64,000 nucleotides of DNA from Candidatus Woesearchaeota archaeon (GCA_018676855.1 JABHDY010000003.1:445907-509906), one strand, 5' to 3'. Shown: positions 18,418 to 29,249, numbered from the stretch's first letter. The notes: generated by a model from the letters alone, not told the origin. Translations and numbers: made by a program.

Positions 18418-20439
18418 ATGGAAGTAGATGAACAAATTAAAATATTCAGGGAATTTATAGAAAAGAATTATTATCCGCAACTTCTTGAAGCAGTGAGGAA
18501 AGGACAAAAATATCTAACGCTTGACTTTGCAGAATTGGTTAAATATAATACAGAAATTGTTGAAGAACTTCTTGAAAGTCCTGAAGAATTGTTAAAAGCT
18601 GCAGAAATTGCTGTGAAAGAGTTTGACCTTCCTAAACGCATTACAAAATTTACTATTCGTTTACAAAATATTGCAGAATCGCAAAAAATTAGTGTAAACG
18701 AAATTAGAAGTAAACACCTTGGTAAGTTTATTTGGTCAGAGGGTATTGTACGACAAAAATCTGATGTTAGGCCGCACGTGACAGCTGCTAAATTTGAATG
18801 TCCTTCATGTGGTAACATATTAAATGTTCTTCAATTAGATAAAAAGTATAAAGAACCTACAAGGTGTGGTTGTGGTAGGAAAGGAAAATTTAAAGAAATT
18901 GCAAAGGAACTTGTTGATGGTCAGGGTTTAGTTCTTGAAGAATCGCCTGACGATCTTGACGGTGCACAACCTAAACGTATCAATGTTTTTTTAAAGGATG
19001 ATTTAGTTTCTCCAATGTCTGAGAGAAAAAGTAGTCCCGGTTCACGTGTACGTATAACGGGTTGGATAACAGAAATTCCTATTAATCTAAGGACTGGTGG
19101 TAAATCAACAAAATATGATTTGGTTCTGGAAGCAAACCATATTAAGCCCGTTCAAGATGATTTTTCTGATCTTCAAATATCTGAAGAAGAGATGGAAGAA
19201 ATTAAAAAAATTGCATATTCAGACAATCCAATTTATGCTCTTTCTTCTAGTATAGCGCCGTCCATTTATGGACATGATAAAGTTAAAGAAGCGTTAGTAT
19301 TACAACTTGCAGGAGGATGTCTTAAAGAGCGGCCTGATGGTGTTACAACAAGGGGAGATATACACATTCTTCTCATTGGAGATCCTGGTTCAGGAAAGTC
19401 TCAATTGCTTAAGAGAATAAGTAAAGTAGGACCAAAAGCACGGTTTACGAGTGGGAAGGGAGCAACGGCAGCTGGACTTACGGCATCGGTCGTGAAGGAC
19501 GAATTTCTTGGTGGATGGAGTCTTGAAGCAGGAACACTTGTATTAGCAAATAAAGGATTTGCAATTATTGATGAGTTAGATAAAATGAGTAAAGAAGATC
19601 GTTCTTCGTTACACGAAGCACTTGAACAGCAAACAATTAGTATTGCAAAGGCAAACATTCAAGCAACGTTACGATGTGAAACTACTGTTCTTGCTGCAGC
19701 AAATCCAAAATTTGGACGATTTGATCCGTACGATCTTATTGCGAACCAAATTAACTTACCACCAACGCTTATCAATAGGTTCGATTTAATATTTCCAATA
19801 AAAGATATGCCTAACAGAGAAAAAGATGAACGAACAGCAGCATTCATATTAAGTCTTCATAAAAATCCTGAAAAAGCTGTTGCGCCAATATCATCTGAAC
19901 TTATAAAAAAATTCTTTTTGTATGTGCGAAAAAGAATTCGTCCACGGATGACCGATGAAGCGATTGAAGAATTAAAAGAATATTATGTTTCGATGAGAAA
20001 TTCTGGTATATCTGATGAAGCTGGTGTTAAAAGTATTCCTATTACTGCACGACAACTTGAAGCTCTTGTACGATTATCAGAAGCAGCGTCAAAATTGCGA
20101 TTAGGTGAAGAAGTTACAAAGAAAGATGCACAAAAAGCTATTGAACTTATAGATTATTGTTTAAACCAGATAGCGAAGGATGCAGAAACGGGAAAAATTG
20201 ATATTGATAGGTTAAGCAGTAGAATAACTGCAACGCAACGAAGTAGTATTAGTGTTGTAAAAGAAGTTATTCAATCAGTGGAAGAACAAATAGGAAACAA
20301 AATAATTCCTGTTGAAAATATTATTGAAGCTGCTAAAGATAAAAATATATCGCAAGAAAATGTTGAAGAAGTTCTTGAAAAGTTACGTCGTTCAGGAGAC
20401 ATATTTGAACCAAAACGAGGATTTATTCAACGTCTTTAA
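18418..20439 (+). CDS. mcm: MCM replicative helicase (no intein)
   Basis: Zn finger CPSCG, Walker A GDPGSGKSQLL, IDELDKM, AAANP, ITARQLE, C-terminal winged helix. Confidence 0.98.
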   Translation: MEVDEQIKIFREFIEKNYYPQLLEAVRKGQKYLTLDFAELVKYNTEIVEELLESPEELLKAAEIAVKEFDLPKRITKFTIRLQNIAESQKISVNEIRSKHLGKFIWSEGIVRQKSDVRPHVTAAKFECPSCGNILNVLQLDKKYKEPTRCGCGRKGKFKEIAKELVDGQGLVLEESPDDLDGAQPKRINVFLKDDLVSPMSERKSSPGSRVRITGWITEIPINLRTGGKSTKYDLVLEANHIKPVQDDFSDLQISEEEMEEIKKIAYSDNPIYALSSSIAPSIYGHDKVKEALVLQLAGGCLKERPDGVTTRGDIHILLIGDPGSGKSQLLKRISKVGPKARFTSGKGATAAGLTASVVKDEFLGGWSLEAGTLVLANKGFAIIDELDKMSKEDRSSLHEALEQQTISIAKANIQATLRCETTVLAAANPKFGRFDPYDLIANQINLPPTLINRFDLIFPIKDMPNREKDERTAAFILSLHKNPEKAVAPISSELIKKFFLYVRKRIRPRMTDEAIEELKEYYVSMRNSGISDEAGVKSIPITARQLEALVRLSEAASKLRLGEEVTKKDAQKAIELIDYCLNQIAKDAETGKIDIDRLSSRITATQRSSISVVKEVIQSVEEQIGNKIIPVENIIEAAKDKNISQENVEEVLEKLRRSGDIFEPKRGFIQRL

Positions 20440-20444
20440 AAAAA

Positions 20445-21167
20445 ATGGAATCAACAAAATATATTCGGCACACTGCAATCAAAGTTCTTATCAAAACATT
20501 GCTTTCAGGAAAATTTGTTGAGGAAGATGAACAAAATCAAAATTATTTTCAAACAATACTCAATGAAAAATTGTATAGAATAAATGTTATGGGAATAGTT
20601 GTTCAAAAAGAAACTGTTGGATCAATAACAAATTTACGTATTGATGATGCTTCTGGAAGTATTCCCGTTCGATTTTTTGAAGAACATTCTTCACTTTCTT
20701 CAATTGATATTGGAAGTATCATACGTATTATTGGAAAAGTACGAATGTATAATGAAGAAAAATATATTTCTCCAGAAATTTGTATAAAAAGTACGTCTTC
20801 CTGGCTTAAAGTACGGAAAAAAGAATTAAATGTTAGTAATAATGAAGTACAATCTGAAGAAATTAAAAATGTTGAAGTACCTATTGTAGAAAAAAAAGAA
20901 ATGGAAATAGTAAAAGAAAAAGAAAGTCCTGTTATGGAACATAAAGAAGAAATTGTTGAACAAAAAATTGAAAATGATGATATTGTTGAAGAATTACCAT
21001 TTCAAAAAGTAATGAATTTAATTAAAGAATTGGATACTGGAAATGGCGTTCCTATAGAAAATATTATTGAAAAATCGTCATTAGAAAATACGGGAACTAT
21101 TATCGACAAAATGCTTGAAAAAGGAGACATATTTCAAAACGTTCCTGGTAAAGTAAAAGTTTTGTGA
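20445..21167 (+). CDS. RPA32-like OB-fold ssDNA-binding protein with C-terminal winged helix
   Basis: RINVMGIVV...IDDASGSI...IIGKVRMY OB-fold, acidic linker, wH tail MLEKGDIFQNVPGKVKVL; 5 bp after mcm. Confidence 0.8.
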   Translation: MESTKYIRHTAIKVLIKTLLSGKFVEEDEQNQNYFQTILNEKLYRINVMGIVVQKETVGSITNLRIDDASGSIPVRFFEEHSSLSSIDIGSIIRIIGKVRMYNEEKYISPEICIKSTSSWLKVRKKELNVSNNEVQSEEIKNVEVPIVEKKEMEIVKEKESPVMEHKEEIVEQKIENDDIVEELPFQKVMNLIKELDTGNGVPIENIIEKSSLENTGTIIDKMLEKGDIFQNVPGKVKVL

Positions 21168-22022
21168 TCAACCAAATAATACGGGAGTAATATATACTTC
21201 AACGACACCCGCTATTAATAATAAACCAACGCTTATTAATACTAAATCTAACACATCAATTAACACTCTGTTTTCTTTTAAATTATGTTTAATAATTGCA
21301 ATAGAAATTATTCCGCCTGCGAGGCCTGCAACAAAATAAGCGGCTATTTCTAACAAACCGTGCGTCATGTACCGAAAAAAGCTAAACGTAGTCACGCCAA
21401 GGTATGCTGACGCAGAACTTAATCCTACAAGTGTTGTTACTTTTGCTAATTCAGTTTTAATTATATTTCCCATAGCTGCTGCTATAACTGACGCGTTCCA
21501 TGTTAAAATAAAAATTGCACCAGAACCGTATAAAAACGAAAATATTAAACAGAAAAATAAAACTTTAATATTATTCATAAATATTTTTCCAAAAAGATTA
21601 ATTTTTGTTATTCCTCCAGTAATGTTTGCCTGAACATTATTATTAACGCTTACTATAGCTTCATTTTGTAATGAAAATACTGTATCAACAATTGCAGATG
21701 GAAATGCTATGTACGAAAAAACAAGTCCTGCAGTTATTCCTAAAAAAAGAAACATGAAAAACACAAGCACTTTTGTATGTTCCTTTAACAATTTCCATTC
21801 TTTTGTATATTTAAGATCTAATTCTTCCTCATTTCGTATCGCTGTGTAAAGAATAGGAAGAGTAGAAAGAACGACTAAAAATACGAGAAGAAGACCTGCA
21901 GCGTCCCTAAATACTATATATGATAAAACAAAAGCTATTAATGAATACACAAATCCTGCAATAAACATTTGCCAGGGCCTTTTTTTTAAACCAAACGGAT
22001 TAAACAGTGATTCTAGAACCAT
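21168..22022 (-). CDS. SpoIIM-family integral membrane protein
   Basis: Multiple TM helices; IFMNNIKV, HGLLEIAAYFVAG and AGVVEVYITP motifs. Confidence 0.85.
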   Translation of the reverse strand: MVLESLFNPFGLKKRPWQMFIAGFVYSLIAFVLSYIVFRDAAGLLLVFLVVLSTLPILYTAIRNEEELDLKYTKEWKLLKEHTKVLVFFMFLFLGITAGLVFSYIAFPSAIVDTVFSLQNEAIVSVNNNVQANITGGITKINLFGKIFMNNIKVLFFCLIFSFLYGSGAIFILTWNASVIAAAMGNIIKTELAKVTTLVGLSSASAYLGVTTFSFFRYMTHGLLEIAAYFVAGLAGGIISIAIIKHNLKENRVLIDVLDLVLISVGLLLIAGVVEVYITPVLFG

Positions 22023-22174
22023 ACATAAATGAAGCGAATAAATGTATTTAAATGTTTTTATGTTTTTGAGATAGAAAATATATGATAATTATATTTATTT
22101 ACTACTTCACCAATATTACAAACATTACAAAAATATTTTTAATTAATTATTATTATTTTAATCAACAAAACATT

Positions 22175-22200
22175 CCCACCCCTCGGTTTCTTATGGAAAC
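22175..22200 (-). promoter_or_regulatory. Origin recognition box (ORB) 1
   Basis: Reverse complement GTTTCCATAAGAAACCGAGGGGTGGG: TTCCA...GAAA core plus G-string. Confidence 0.75.
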
Positions 22201-22281
22201 TGTAAAAATTAAAAAAAGTTTGTTGTGGTAAAAGTTTGTTTGTACAACAAATGTGTGTTTTGTGATCAATACCACAAAGTA

Positions 22282-22305
22282 ACCCTCATTCTTCGTGTGG
22301 AAAAC
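22282..22305 (-). promoter_or_regulatory. Origin recognition box (ORB) 2
   Basis: Reverse complement GTTTTCCACACGAAGAATGAGGGT. Confidence 0.65.
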
Positions 22306-22462
22306 CATATTTAATTAATTAATTAATTAAAATAATTTATTATATTATATGTTAAATGTAATCATTTGAATTGTCAAAACAAAACTTCCAATAATTTAAC
22401 AATTCTCAACTATCACTTCTTTTTAGCTTTATTATTATTATTATTATTATTTATATTATATA

Positions 22463-22482
22463 ATATATATATATATATATAT
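22463..22482. repeat. (AT)10 run within the putative DNA unwinding element
   Basis: atatatatatatatatatat, preceded by (att)n, lying between oppositely oriented ORBs. Confidence 0.85.
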
Positions 22483-22698
22483 TTTCTATATAGAAAATAA
22501 ATAAATAAATAAAACGGGAAACAAAAAAAGTTTGAAAAAAAAAGTTTCGTTACTACTTTTCAATCTATCAATAATTATTTATATGACTTCCATCCGCAAT
22601 AGACTTAACAAAACATATATGTGTTAACTGTTATATTATATATTGATATTCTTTATATAATAAACATAACAAACAACACTTCACAACAACAAAAACAC

Positions 22699-22722
22699 GT
22701 TTTCCAAAGGAAATGAGGGGGT
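22699..22722 (+). promoter_or_regulatory. Origin recognition box (ORB) 3
   Basis: GTTTTCCAAAGGAAATGAGGGGGT, ending 4 bp before the cdc6 ATG. Confidence 0.8.
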
Positions 22723-22726
22723 CACT

Positions 22727-23929
22727 ATGTTAAAGATAGGTACATTTTTTGAAAATTTTTTAAAAAAAGATTCGATTTTTACTGAAAAATCAATTCTTTT
22801 ATCGGCGTATATGCCACATGAGATCATGTACAGAGAAGAACAGATAAAAGAAGCTGCTAATATACTTGCACCCGCATTACGTTTAGAAAGACCATCTAAT
22901 CTATTTATTTATGGTAAAACTGGAACAGGAAAAACTCTTTCTATTAAACATATTATGAATTCAATGAATAGTATTGCAGAAACTAATACTATCTCCATGA
23001 AAATGATATATTTAAATTGTAAATTAAAACGTGTTGCCGATACTGAATATCGTTTATTATCACAATTATGTAAAGAATTTGGGAGAGAAGTTCCCACAAC
23101 GGGTCTTCCAACAGATGAAGTATATTCAATATTTTACAAATTGTTGGATGAAACAAAACAAGTAATTGTTTTAATATTAGATGAGATTGACCATTTAACA
23201 AAAAAAATAGGCGATGAAATATTATATAATTTAACTAGAATTAATGCTGAACTTAAAAATGCTCAAATATGTATTGTTGGAATTTCAAATAATTTAGTAT
23301 TTTCAGAAAATCTTGATCCTCGCGTTAAATCTTCACTTTCAGAAGAAGAAATTATATTTCCACCATACAATGCACTTCAAATACAAGACATTCTCAGAAA
23401 TCGAACAACAAAAGCATTTAAAGAAAATATTGTTCAAACGGGAGTTATAGAAAAATGTTCTGCATATGCTGCTCGTGAACATGGTGATATACGACGAGCG
23501 ATAGACCTTTTACGTGTTTCAGGAGAAGTAGCTGAGCGGAGTGGTTCATCTATTGTTACTATTACACATCTTGACGAGGCAGAACGAAAAGTTGAATCTG
23601 ATAAAACTATTAGTGCCGCAATAAATCAACCAAAACAATTTCAAACAGTTTTGTATGCCATTTTACTCATATCTCCACAAAAAAATCATTTTTTTACGGG
23701 AGAAATATATGAAGTGTACAAAAAAATATGTACAAAAAACAATTTTAATGTTTTAACTCAACGTCGTATTTCAGACATTTTAGCAGAATTAGATATGTTA
23801 GGAATAATTAATGCAAAAATAATTTCTAAAGGAAGATATGGAAGAACTCGCGAGATTTCACTTTCTTTAGAGGAATCAATTACAATAAAACTTCGTGAAG
23901 TATTAGAAAAATCGTTACGAGTATCATAA
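22727..23929 (+). CDS. cdc6: Orc1/Cdc6 replication initiator
   Basis: YGKTGTGKT, LDEIDHL, LDPRVKSSL, HGDIRRAIDLLR, wH SKGRYGRTR. Confidence 0.97.
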   Translation: MLKIGTFFENFLKKDSIFTEKSILLSAYMPHEIMYREEQIKEAANILAPALRLERPSNLFIYGKTGTGKTLSIKHIMNSMNSIAETNTISMKMIYLNCKLKRVADTEYRLLSQLCKEFGREVPTTGLPTDEVYSIFYKLLDETKQVIVLILDEIDHLTKKIGDEILYNLTRINAELKNAQICIVGISNNLVFSENLDPRVKSSLSEEEIIFPPYNALQIQDILRNRTTKAFKENIVQTGVIEKCSAYAAREHGDIRRAIDLLRVSGEVAERSGSSIVTITHLDEAERKVESDKTISAAINQPKQFQTVLYAILLISPQKNHFFTGEIYEVYKKICTKNNFNVLTQRRISDILAELDMLGIINAKIISKGRYGRTREISLSLEESITIKLREVLEKSLRVS

Positions 23930-23931
23930 TC

Positions 23932-25614
23932 ATGGAACCTAATGATAAATTAATTGGAACACTTTTTAATAAAGGAATACTTGTCAATAAAGACATTTTT
24001 ACAAATAACGTTCCAGAAAACATTCTTGATCAAATTGAATCTGAATCTGATCTTTTAGTTTTAAATTCTGATTATGTTGATATTGTAACTCAACCAGAAA
24101 ATTTAGTTGATTGGTACGAAATTGATAAATATAGAGTGGATTCTGAAAAAGATAGAAATGATGAATTATATCAATCACATTTACAAACATTCAAACGAAC
24201 AACAGTAACAATTCAAAACACAAACAATGAAAAGACTATCAAACAAGATGTTACAAGTTTAGAAACAACACTTGATAATAATTCAAGTACATTTTCTACA
24301 GAATCTTCTTTTGAAGAAAAACCTATCATTTCATCTTCTTCCGTTCCACAAATAAATTCTTCAGTTACTATTGTTATTTCTCACAAAAATGTTCCAAAAA
24401 AATATACTGTTTCAGATTTTGCACAATTTTTCGTTTCCCGATACAAATTTTTAGAAAATATTCTTCGTTCTCGTCAAGAATTACAAAATACATTAACAAT
24501 AAATCGTGTATTAGGAAAAAAAGAACGAGGAGCAGTTTCGGTGATAGGTCTTGTTCAAGATATCAATGAAACCAAAAATGGTAATCTTATTATTACACTT
24601 GAAGATGTCACAGATAGAATAAAAATATTTGTTGGCAAAAAAGATAAAATGTTATTTGCACAGGCAAAAGATCTCGTATTTGATGAAGTTATTGGCGTTT
24701 CAGGAACGTCAGGAGAAGGAATAATTTTTTCTGATACTATCTTATGGCCAGACGTTCCTCATAACCTTGAAATGAAGAAAAGTCCTATTGAAGAATATGC
24801 AATTTTTTTATCAGACATACATGTTGGATCAAACGTTTTTTTACCAGAAGAATTTTCTCAATTCATTAAATGGATCAACGGTTCTGTTGGAAATGAAAAA
24901 CAGCGTGCTATTGCACACAAAACTAAATATATTCTTATTGCAGGAGATTTGGTTGATGGTATAGGCATTTATCCTTCACAAATAGATGAATTAACAATAA
25001 CAGATATACGTGAACAGTATGAAGAATTTGTTCGTCTTATATCTCAAATTCCGTCAGATAAACAAATAATTATTTGTCCCGGAAATCATGATGCAGTTCA
25101 TTTAGCAGAACCACAATCAGCATTTAATGAAGAATTTTGTTCTGCATTATTTACCCTTCCTAATATTACTTTAGTAACAAATCCGGGAATGGTAACTATT
25201 GGAAAAACCGACACATTTTCAGGATTTAACGTTTTGTTATATCATGGATATAGTTTTGATTATTACGTTTCTGAAGTTGAATCTATTAGAAATAGTGGTG
25301 GATATCATCGAGCAGATTTATTAATGAAATTTATGTTAAAACGACGTCATATGGCCCCATCATTTAAATCAACACCATATTATCCTTCACATAAAGAAGA
25401 TCCTCTTTTAATAAAAGTAATTCCTGACTTTTTCATCACGGGACATATCCATTATTCAAAAGTTGCCAATTATAAAGGTGTTACAATGATATGTGGAAGT
25501 TGTTGGCAGGGAAAAACGTCATTTCAAGAAAAACTTGGTCACGAACCTGAACCAGCACGAGTACCCGTTGTAAACTTAAAAACAAGAGATGTTAAAATTT
25601 TAAAATTTATATAA
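23932..25614 (+). CDS. polB: DNA polymerase D small (exonuclease) subunit DP1
   Basis: SDIHVGS, AGDLVDGIGIYPSQ, PGNHD, YHGYS, TGHIH. Confidence 0.96.
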   Translation: MEPNDKLIGTLFNKGILVNKDIFTNNVPENILDQIESESDLLVLNSDYVDIVTQPENLVDWYEIDKYRVDSEKDRNDELYQSHLQTFKRTTVTIQNTNNEKTIKQDVTSLETTLDNNSSTFSTESSFEEKPIISSSSVPQINSSVTIVISHKNVPKKYTVSDFAQFFVSRYKFLENILRSRQELQNTLTINRVLGKKERGAVSVIGLVQDINETKNGNLIITLEDVTDRIKIFVGKKDKMLFAQAKDLVFDEVIGVSGTSGEGIIFSDTILWPDVPHNLEMKKSPIEEYAIFLSDIHVGSNVFLPEEFSQFIKWINGSVGNEKQRAIAHKTKYILIAGDLVDGIGIYPSQIDELTITDIREQYEEFVRLISQIPSDKQIIICPGNHDAVHLAEPQSAFNEEFCSALFTLPNITLVTNPGMVTIGKTDTFSGFNVLLYHGYSFDYYVSEVESIRNSGGYHRADLLMKFMLKRRHMAPSFKSTPYYPSHKEDPLLIKVIPDFFITGHIHYSKVANYKGVTMICGSCWQGKTSFQEKLGHEPEPARVPVVNLKTRDVKILKFI

Positions 25615-28600
25615 TGGCATCAACCATATCTCCAGACATGCAAAAGTACTTTGCTCAAATCAATGCTGATGTTAAACGTAGTTATGATATTGCTCGTAAG
25701 GCAAAAAAGAAAGGGTTGGACATTGATGACGATGTTCCCATTCCCGTTGCAAAAAATATGGCTGAACGTGTTGTTGGTTTAATATCTGTTATTGCACCAC
25801 AAATTGTTGGAACAACAATACCTCAAAGAATAATTGAACTTGAAAAAAAGTATGGAACACTTGATTGGCGAGTTGCATTAAAAATTTCTGAAGAAGTTGC
25901 AAAACAAAAATTTTGTGAGTTTAAAGATAAAATTGAAGCTATGGAAATTGGAATACGAATAGGCTTTTCATATTTAACGTTAGGCGTTGTTTCAGCTCCA
26001 TTAGAAGGATTTATTGGACTTAAAATTAAAAAAAGAAAAGATGGTAAAGAATATTTTGCGTTACAATATGCGGGACCTATTCGTGCAGCTGGTGGAACGG
26101 GTTCGTCAGTTTCTGTTATCCTTTCAGATTATGTTCGTATGAAAATGGGCTATGCGCCGTATGATCCAGAAGAAGTTGAAGTCAATAGATACGCAGCAGA
26201 AGTTCACGATTATCATGATCGTGTTACTAACTTACAATATCATCCCTCTGATGAAGAATTAAAATTTTTAGTATCTCATTTACCTGTTGAAGTTGACGGC
26301 GATCCAACAGAAAAGTTTGAAGTGTCAAATTATAAAGATTTACCTCGAATAGAAACAAACAGAATTCGTGGTGGAGTTGCATTGGTACTTGCTGAGGGTC
26401 TATCTCAAAAATCTCCCAAATTATGGAAAAAATTATCAAAATGGGGTAAAGAATTTGGATTAGAATGGGATTGGCTAAAAGATTTTCTTGAACTGAAAGA
26501 AAAGATTCATGCAAACGTTTCATCGGATAAAGATAAGAAAGAAGATGTAAATGATGGAAAGAAAAAAGTTAAACCTAACAACACATTTATTATGGATTTA
26601 GTTGCCGGAAGGCCCATATTTACTCATCCCCTTGCTGTTGGCGGATTTCGTTTACGGTATGGCCGTGGAAGAACATGTGGCATGTACGCTGTAGGTATCC
26701 ATCCCGCAACGATGGTTGTCCTAAACGATTTTATTGCAGTAGGAACACAACTTAAAGTTGAACGGCCTCGTAAGGGAGCATCAGCTACTGTCTGCGATAC
26801 AATTGAAGGTCCAACAGTAAGGCTTATTGATGGTACTGTTCTCCGATTAGATTCTGCTGAAGATGCAAAGAACGTTAAAAAAGATATTGAAACAATTTTA
26901 TTTCTTGGCGATATCATGTTTAACTATGGCGATTTTGCAGAAAGTGGCCATGACCTTGTGCCCGTAGGATATTGTCCTGAATGGTGGATATTAGAAGTAG
27001 AAAAAGCAATGAAAAATTTGTTTAACGAAAAGCATGTTCAAAAATCGGCAGAAAAATTAGGGGTTAAAGAAAGCGAAATACAAATATTGTTTGATAATCC
27101 GTTGCACAAAATTCCACCATGGTCATTAGCAAAACAAATCAGCGAACAATTTCATGTTCCTTTACACCCAGAATATACATATTATTGGAACCTTATTTCT
27201 GGCGAAGATTTAATTGTTCTCAAAGAATGGATGATGGAAGGCAAAATTAAAGTTCATGAAGAAAAAGTTATAAAAATTATATTTCCTTATACACAAAAGA
27301 ACGAATTATATATGCAAGGTAAAAAGATTCTCGAAGAATGTGGCATTTCTCATAAAGTTATTACAAAAGAAAATATTATTCTTGAAAAGAAAGAAGCAGA
27401 AGTAATAGCATTTTTGTTTGATTTTAAAGATCAAAAAGGTCTTGAAAAAATTTCATTAAAATCTGAGACTATTAAAAACAAAACGGCATTAGAAGTTCTC
27501 AATTTTGTTAATAATGTTACAATACGAGACAAAGCTGGGACGTTTATTGGTGCTCGAATGGGCCGCCCAGAAAAAGCTAAGATGCGTCAAATGACTGGTT
27601 CGCCACAAATGATGTTTCCCGTTGGAGAAGAAGGTGATAGGTTACGAAGTGTTCAATCAGCATTAAAAGCTGGCAAAATACGTAGCATTTTTCCTTTATT
27701 TTATTGTTCTCCATGCGATAAAGATATGATCTATCCTCGTTGTGAAGAATGTGGTAAGGAATGTACACAAAAATACTTTTGTCGTTTTTGTGGAGATGTG
27801 GATAAAGAAACGTGCCGTCACGGTGATACAAACACATTCAAAACACAAGATATTGACATTGCATATTATCTTGATAGAGCAAAGAAAAAGTTGGGAGAAA
27901 AAATTCATCCTGATTTAATAAAGGGTGTACGAGGTACGTCAAATAAAGACCATCTTGTTGAACATCTTGCAAAAGGAATTTTGCGTGCAAAACATAACGT
28001 GTATGTTAATAAAGATGGTACTATTCGATATGATGCAACAGAACTTCCTTTAACACATTTTAAACCTAAAGAGATTCATACGTCTGTTGAAAAACTTCGC
28101 GAATTAGGGTACGAAAAAGATATTAAAGGAAATTTGATAGAAAACGATACTCAAATAATTGAACTTAAACCTCAAGATGTTGTTCTTTCAGGATTTAATT
28201 CGTTAGAAGAATCTGCATCTATCGTTTTAACACGTATTGCCAACTTCATTGATAATCTCCTTGTAAGTTTTTATGGTTTGAAACCTTTTTATAACATTAC
28301 AAAAACGCAAGATCTTGTAGGACATCTTGTTATTGGCTTAGCACCACACATTTCTGCAGGTATTGTTGGTCGTATTGTTGGATTTTCAGAAACGCAAAGT
28401 TTGATTGCACATCCCATGTATCATGCTGCTATGAGGCGTGATTGTGACGGTGATGAAAGTTGTGTTATGATGTTAATGGACGCATTGTTAAATTTTTCAA
28501 GGCAATACCTTCCTGAAAGGCGTGGCGCGAAAACTATGGATGCACCACTTGTTTTAACTTCAACTATTAATCCTGCAGAGGTTGATGATCAAGTATTAGA

Positions 28601-29213
28601 AATGGATACTGTCTGGAAATATCCACTTGAATTGTTTGAAGCGGCGTTAGAAATGAAAAAGCCGTGGGACGTTGTTGATAGTAACAATAAAAAAATCGAT
28701 CAGTTAAGCAAACATATAGGAACACCTTTACAATACGAAGGGTTTGGGTTTACTCACGATGTTGACAATTTTAATATGGGTGTGTTATGTTCAGCGTATA
28801 AAACCCTTCCTTCAATGGCAGAAAAGTTGGTTGGCCAGATGGAAATTGCAAAAATAGTAAGAGCGGTTGACATGGACGACGTTGCTAAATTGGTGATTCA
28901 AAAACATTTTTTAAAAGATATTAAAGGAAATTTACGAAAGTTTAGTATGCAACAATTTCGATGCGGTAAATGTAATACAAAATATCGAAGACCGCCATTA
29001 AACAGTAAATGTTCAGAATGTGGAAATAAATTAATGTTTACAATTTCTGAAGGTTCAGTTGTTAAGTATCTTGGTCCTTCATTAATGCTAGCAGAAAAGT
29101 ACGATTTTTCTCCCTATCTTAAACAAACGTTAGACATTCTTAAAGATAATGTTGATACTATTTTTGGAAAGGAAAAAGATAAACAGGTAGGATTAGGAAG
29201 TTTTATGGGTTAA
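25614..29213 (+). CDS. polC: DNA polymerase D large subunit DP2 (no intein)
   Basis: AGPIRAAGGT, GGFRLRYGR, RRDCDGDE catalytic motif, Zn fingers, C-terminal PIP-like QVGLGSFM. Confidence 0.98.
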   Translation: MASTISPDMQKYFAQINADVKRSYDIARKAKKKGLDIDDDVPIPVAKNMAERVVGLISVIAPQIVGTTIPQRIIELEKKYGTLDWRVALKISEEVAKQKFCEFKDKIEAMEIGIRIGFSYLTLGVVSAPLEGFIGLKIKKRKDGKEYFALQYAGPIRAAGGTGSSVSVILSDYVRMKMGYAPYDPEEVEVNRYAAEVHDYHDRVTNLQYHPSDEELKFLVSHLPVEVDGDPTEKFEVSNYKDLPRIETNRIRGGVALVLAEGLSQKSPKLWKKLSKWGKEFGLEWDWLKDFLELKEKIHANVSSDKDKKEDVNDGKKKVKPNNTFIMDLVAGRPIFTHPLAVGGFRLRYGRGRTCGMYAVGIHPATMVVLNDFIAVGTQLKVERPRKGASATVCDTIEGPTVRLIDGTVLRLDSAEDAKNVKKDIETILFLGDIMFNYGDFAESGHDLVPVGYCPEWWILEVEKAMKNLFNEKHVQKSAEKLGVKESEIQILFDNPLHKIPPWSLAKQISEQFHVPLHPEYTYYWNLISGEDLIVLKEWMMEGKIKVHEEKVIKIIFPYTQKNELYMQGKKILEECGISHKVITKENIILEKKEAEVIAFLFDFKDQKGLEKISLKSETIKNKTALEVLNFVNNVTIRDKAGTFIGARMGRPEKAKMRQMTGSPQMMFPVGEEGDRLRSVQSALKAGKIRSIFPLFYCSPCDKDMIYPRCEECGKECTQKYFCRFCGDVDKETCRHGDTNTFKTQDIDIAYYLDRAKKKLGEKIHPDLIKGVRGTSNKDHLVEHLAKGILRAKHNVYVNKDGTIRYDATELPLTHFKPKEIHTSVEKLRELGYEKDIKGNLIENDTQIIELKPQDVVLSGFNSLEESASIVLTRIANFIDNLLVSFYGLKPFYNITKTQDLVGHLVIGLAPHISAGIVGRIVGFSETQSLIAHPMYHAAMRRDCDGDESCVMMLMDALLNFSRQYLPERRGAKTMDAPLVLTSTINPAEVDDQVLEMDTVWKYPLELFEAALEMKKPWDVVDSNNKKIDQLSKHIGTPLQYEGFGFTHDVDNFNMGVLCSAYKTLPSMAEKLVGQMEIAKIVRAVDMDDVAKLVIQKHFLKDIKGNLRKFSMQQFRCGKCNTKYRRPPLNSKCSECGNKLMFTISEGSVVKYLGPSLMLAEKYDFSPYLKQTLDILKDNVDTIFGKEKDKQVGLGSFMG

Positions 29214-29249
29214 ATAATATACTTAATAAAAAAAATAAAACTCGGGAGT

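Larger units (their letters stand above)
22023..22726. other. Putative chromosomal replication origin (oriC)
   Basis: About 700-bp gene-free, extremely AT-rich interval directly upstream of cdc6, containing three ORB-like boxes and (ATT)n/(AT)n runs. Confidence 0.85.

Noticed and set aside
22420-22520. (ATT)n/(AT)n/(AAAT)n runs as an assembly artefact or mobile element end
   Set aside because: Better explained as the unwinding element between ORBs; no terminal inverted repeats or transposase
18418-29213. Inteins in MCM, Cdc6 or DP2
   Set aside because: Protein lengths are normal and motifs at the usual insertion sites are contiguous
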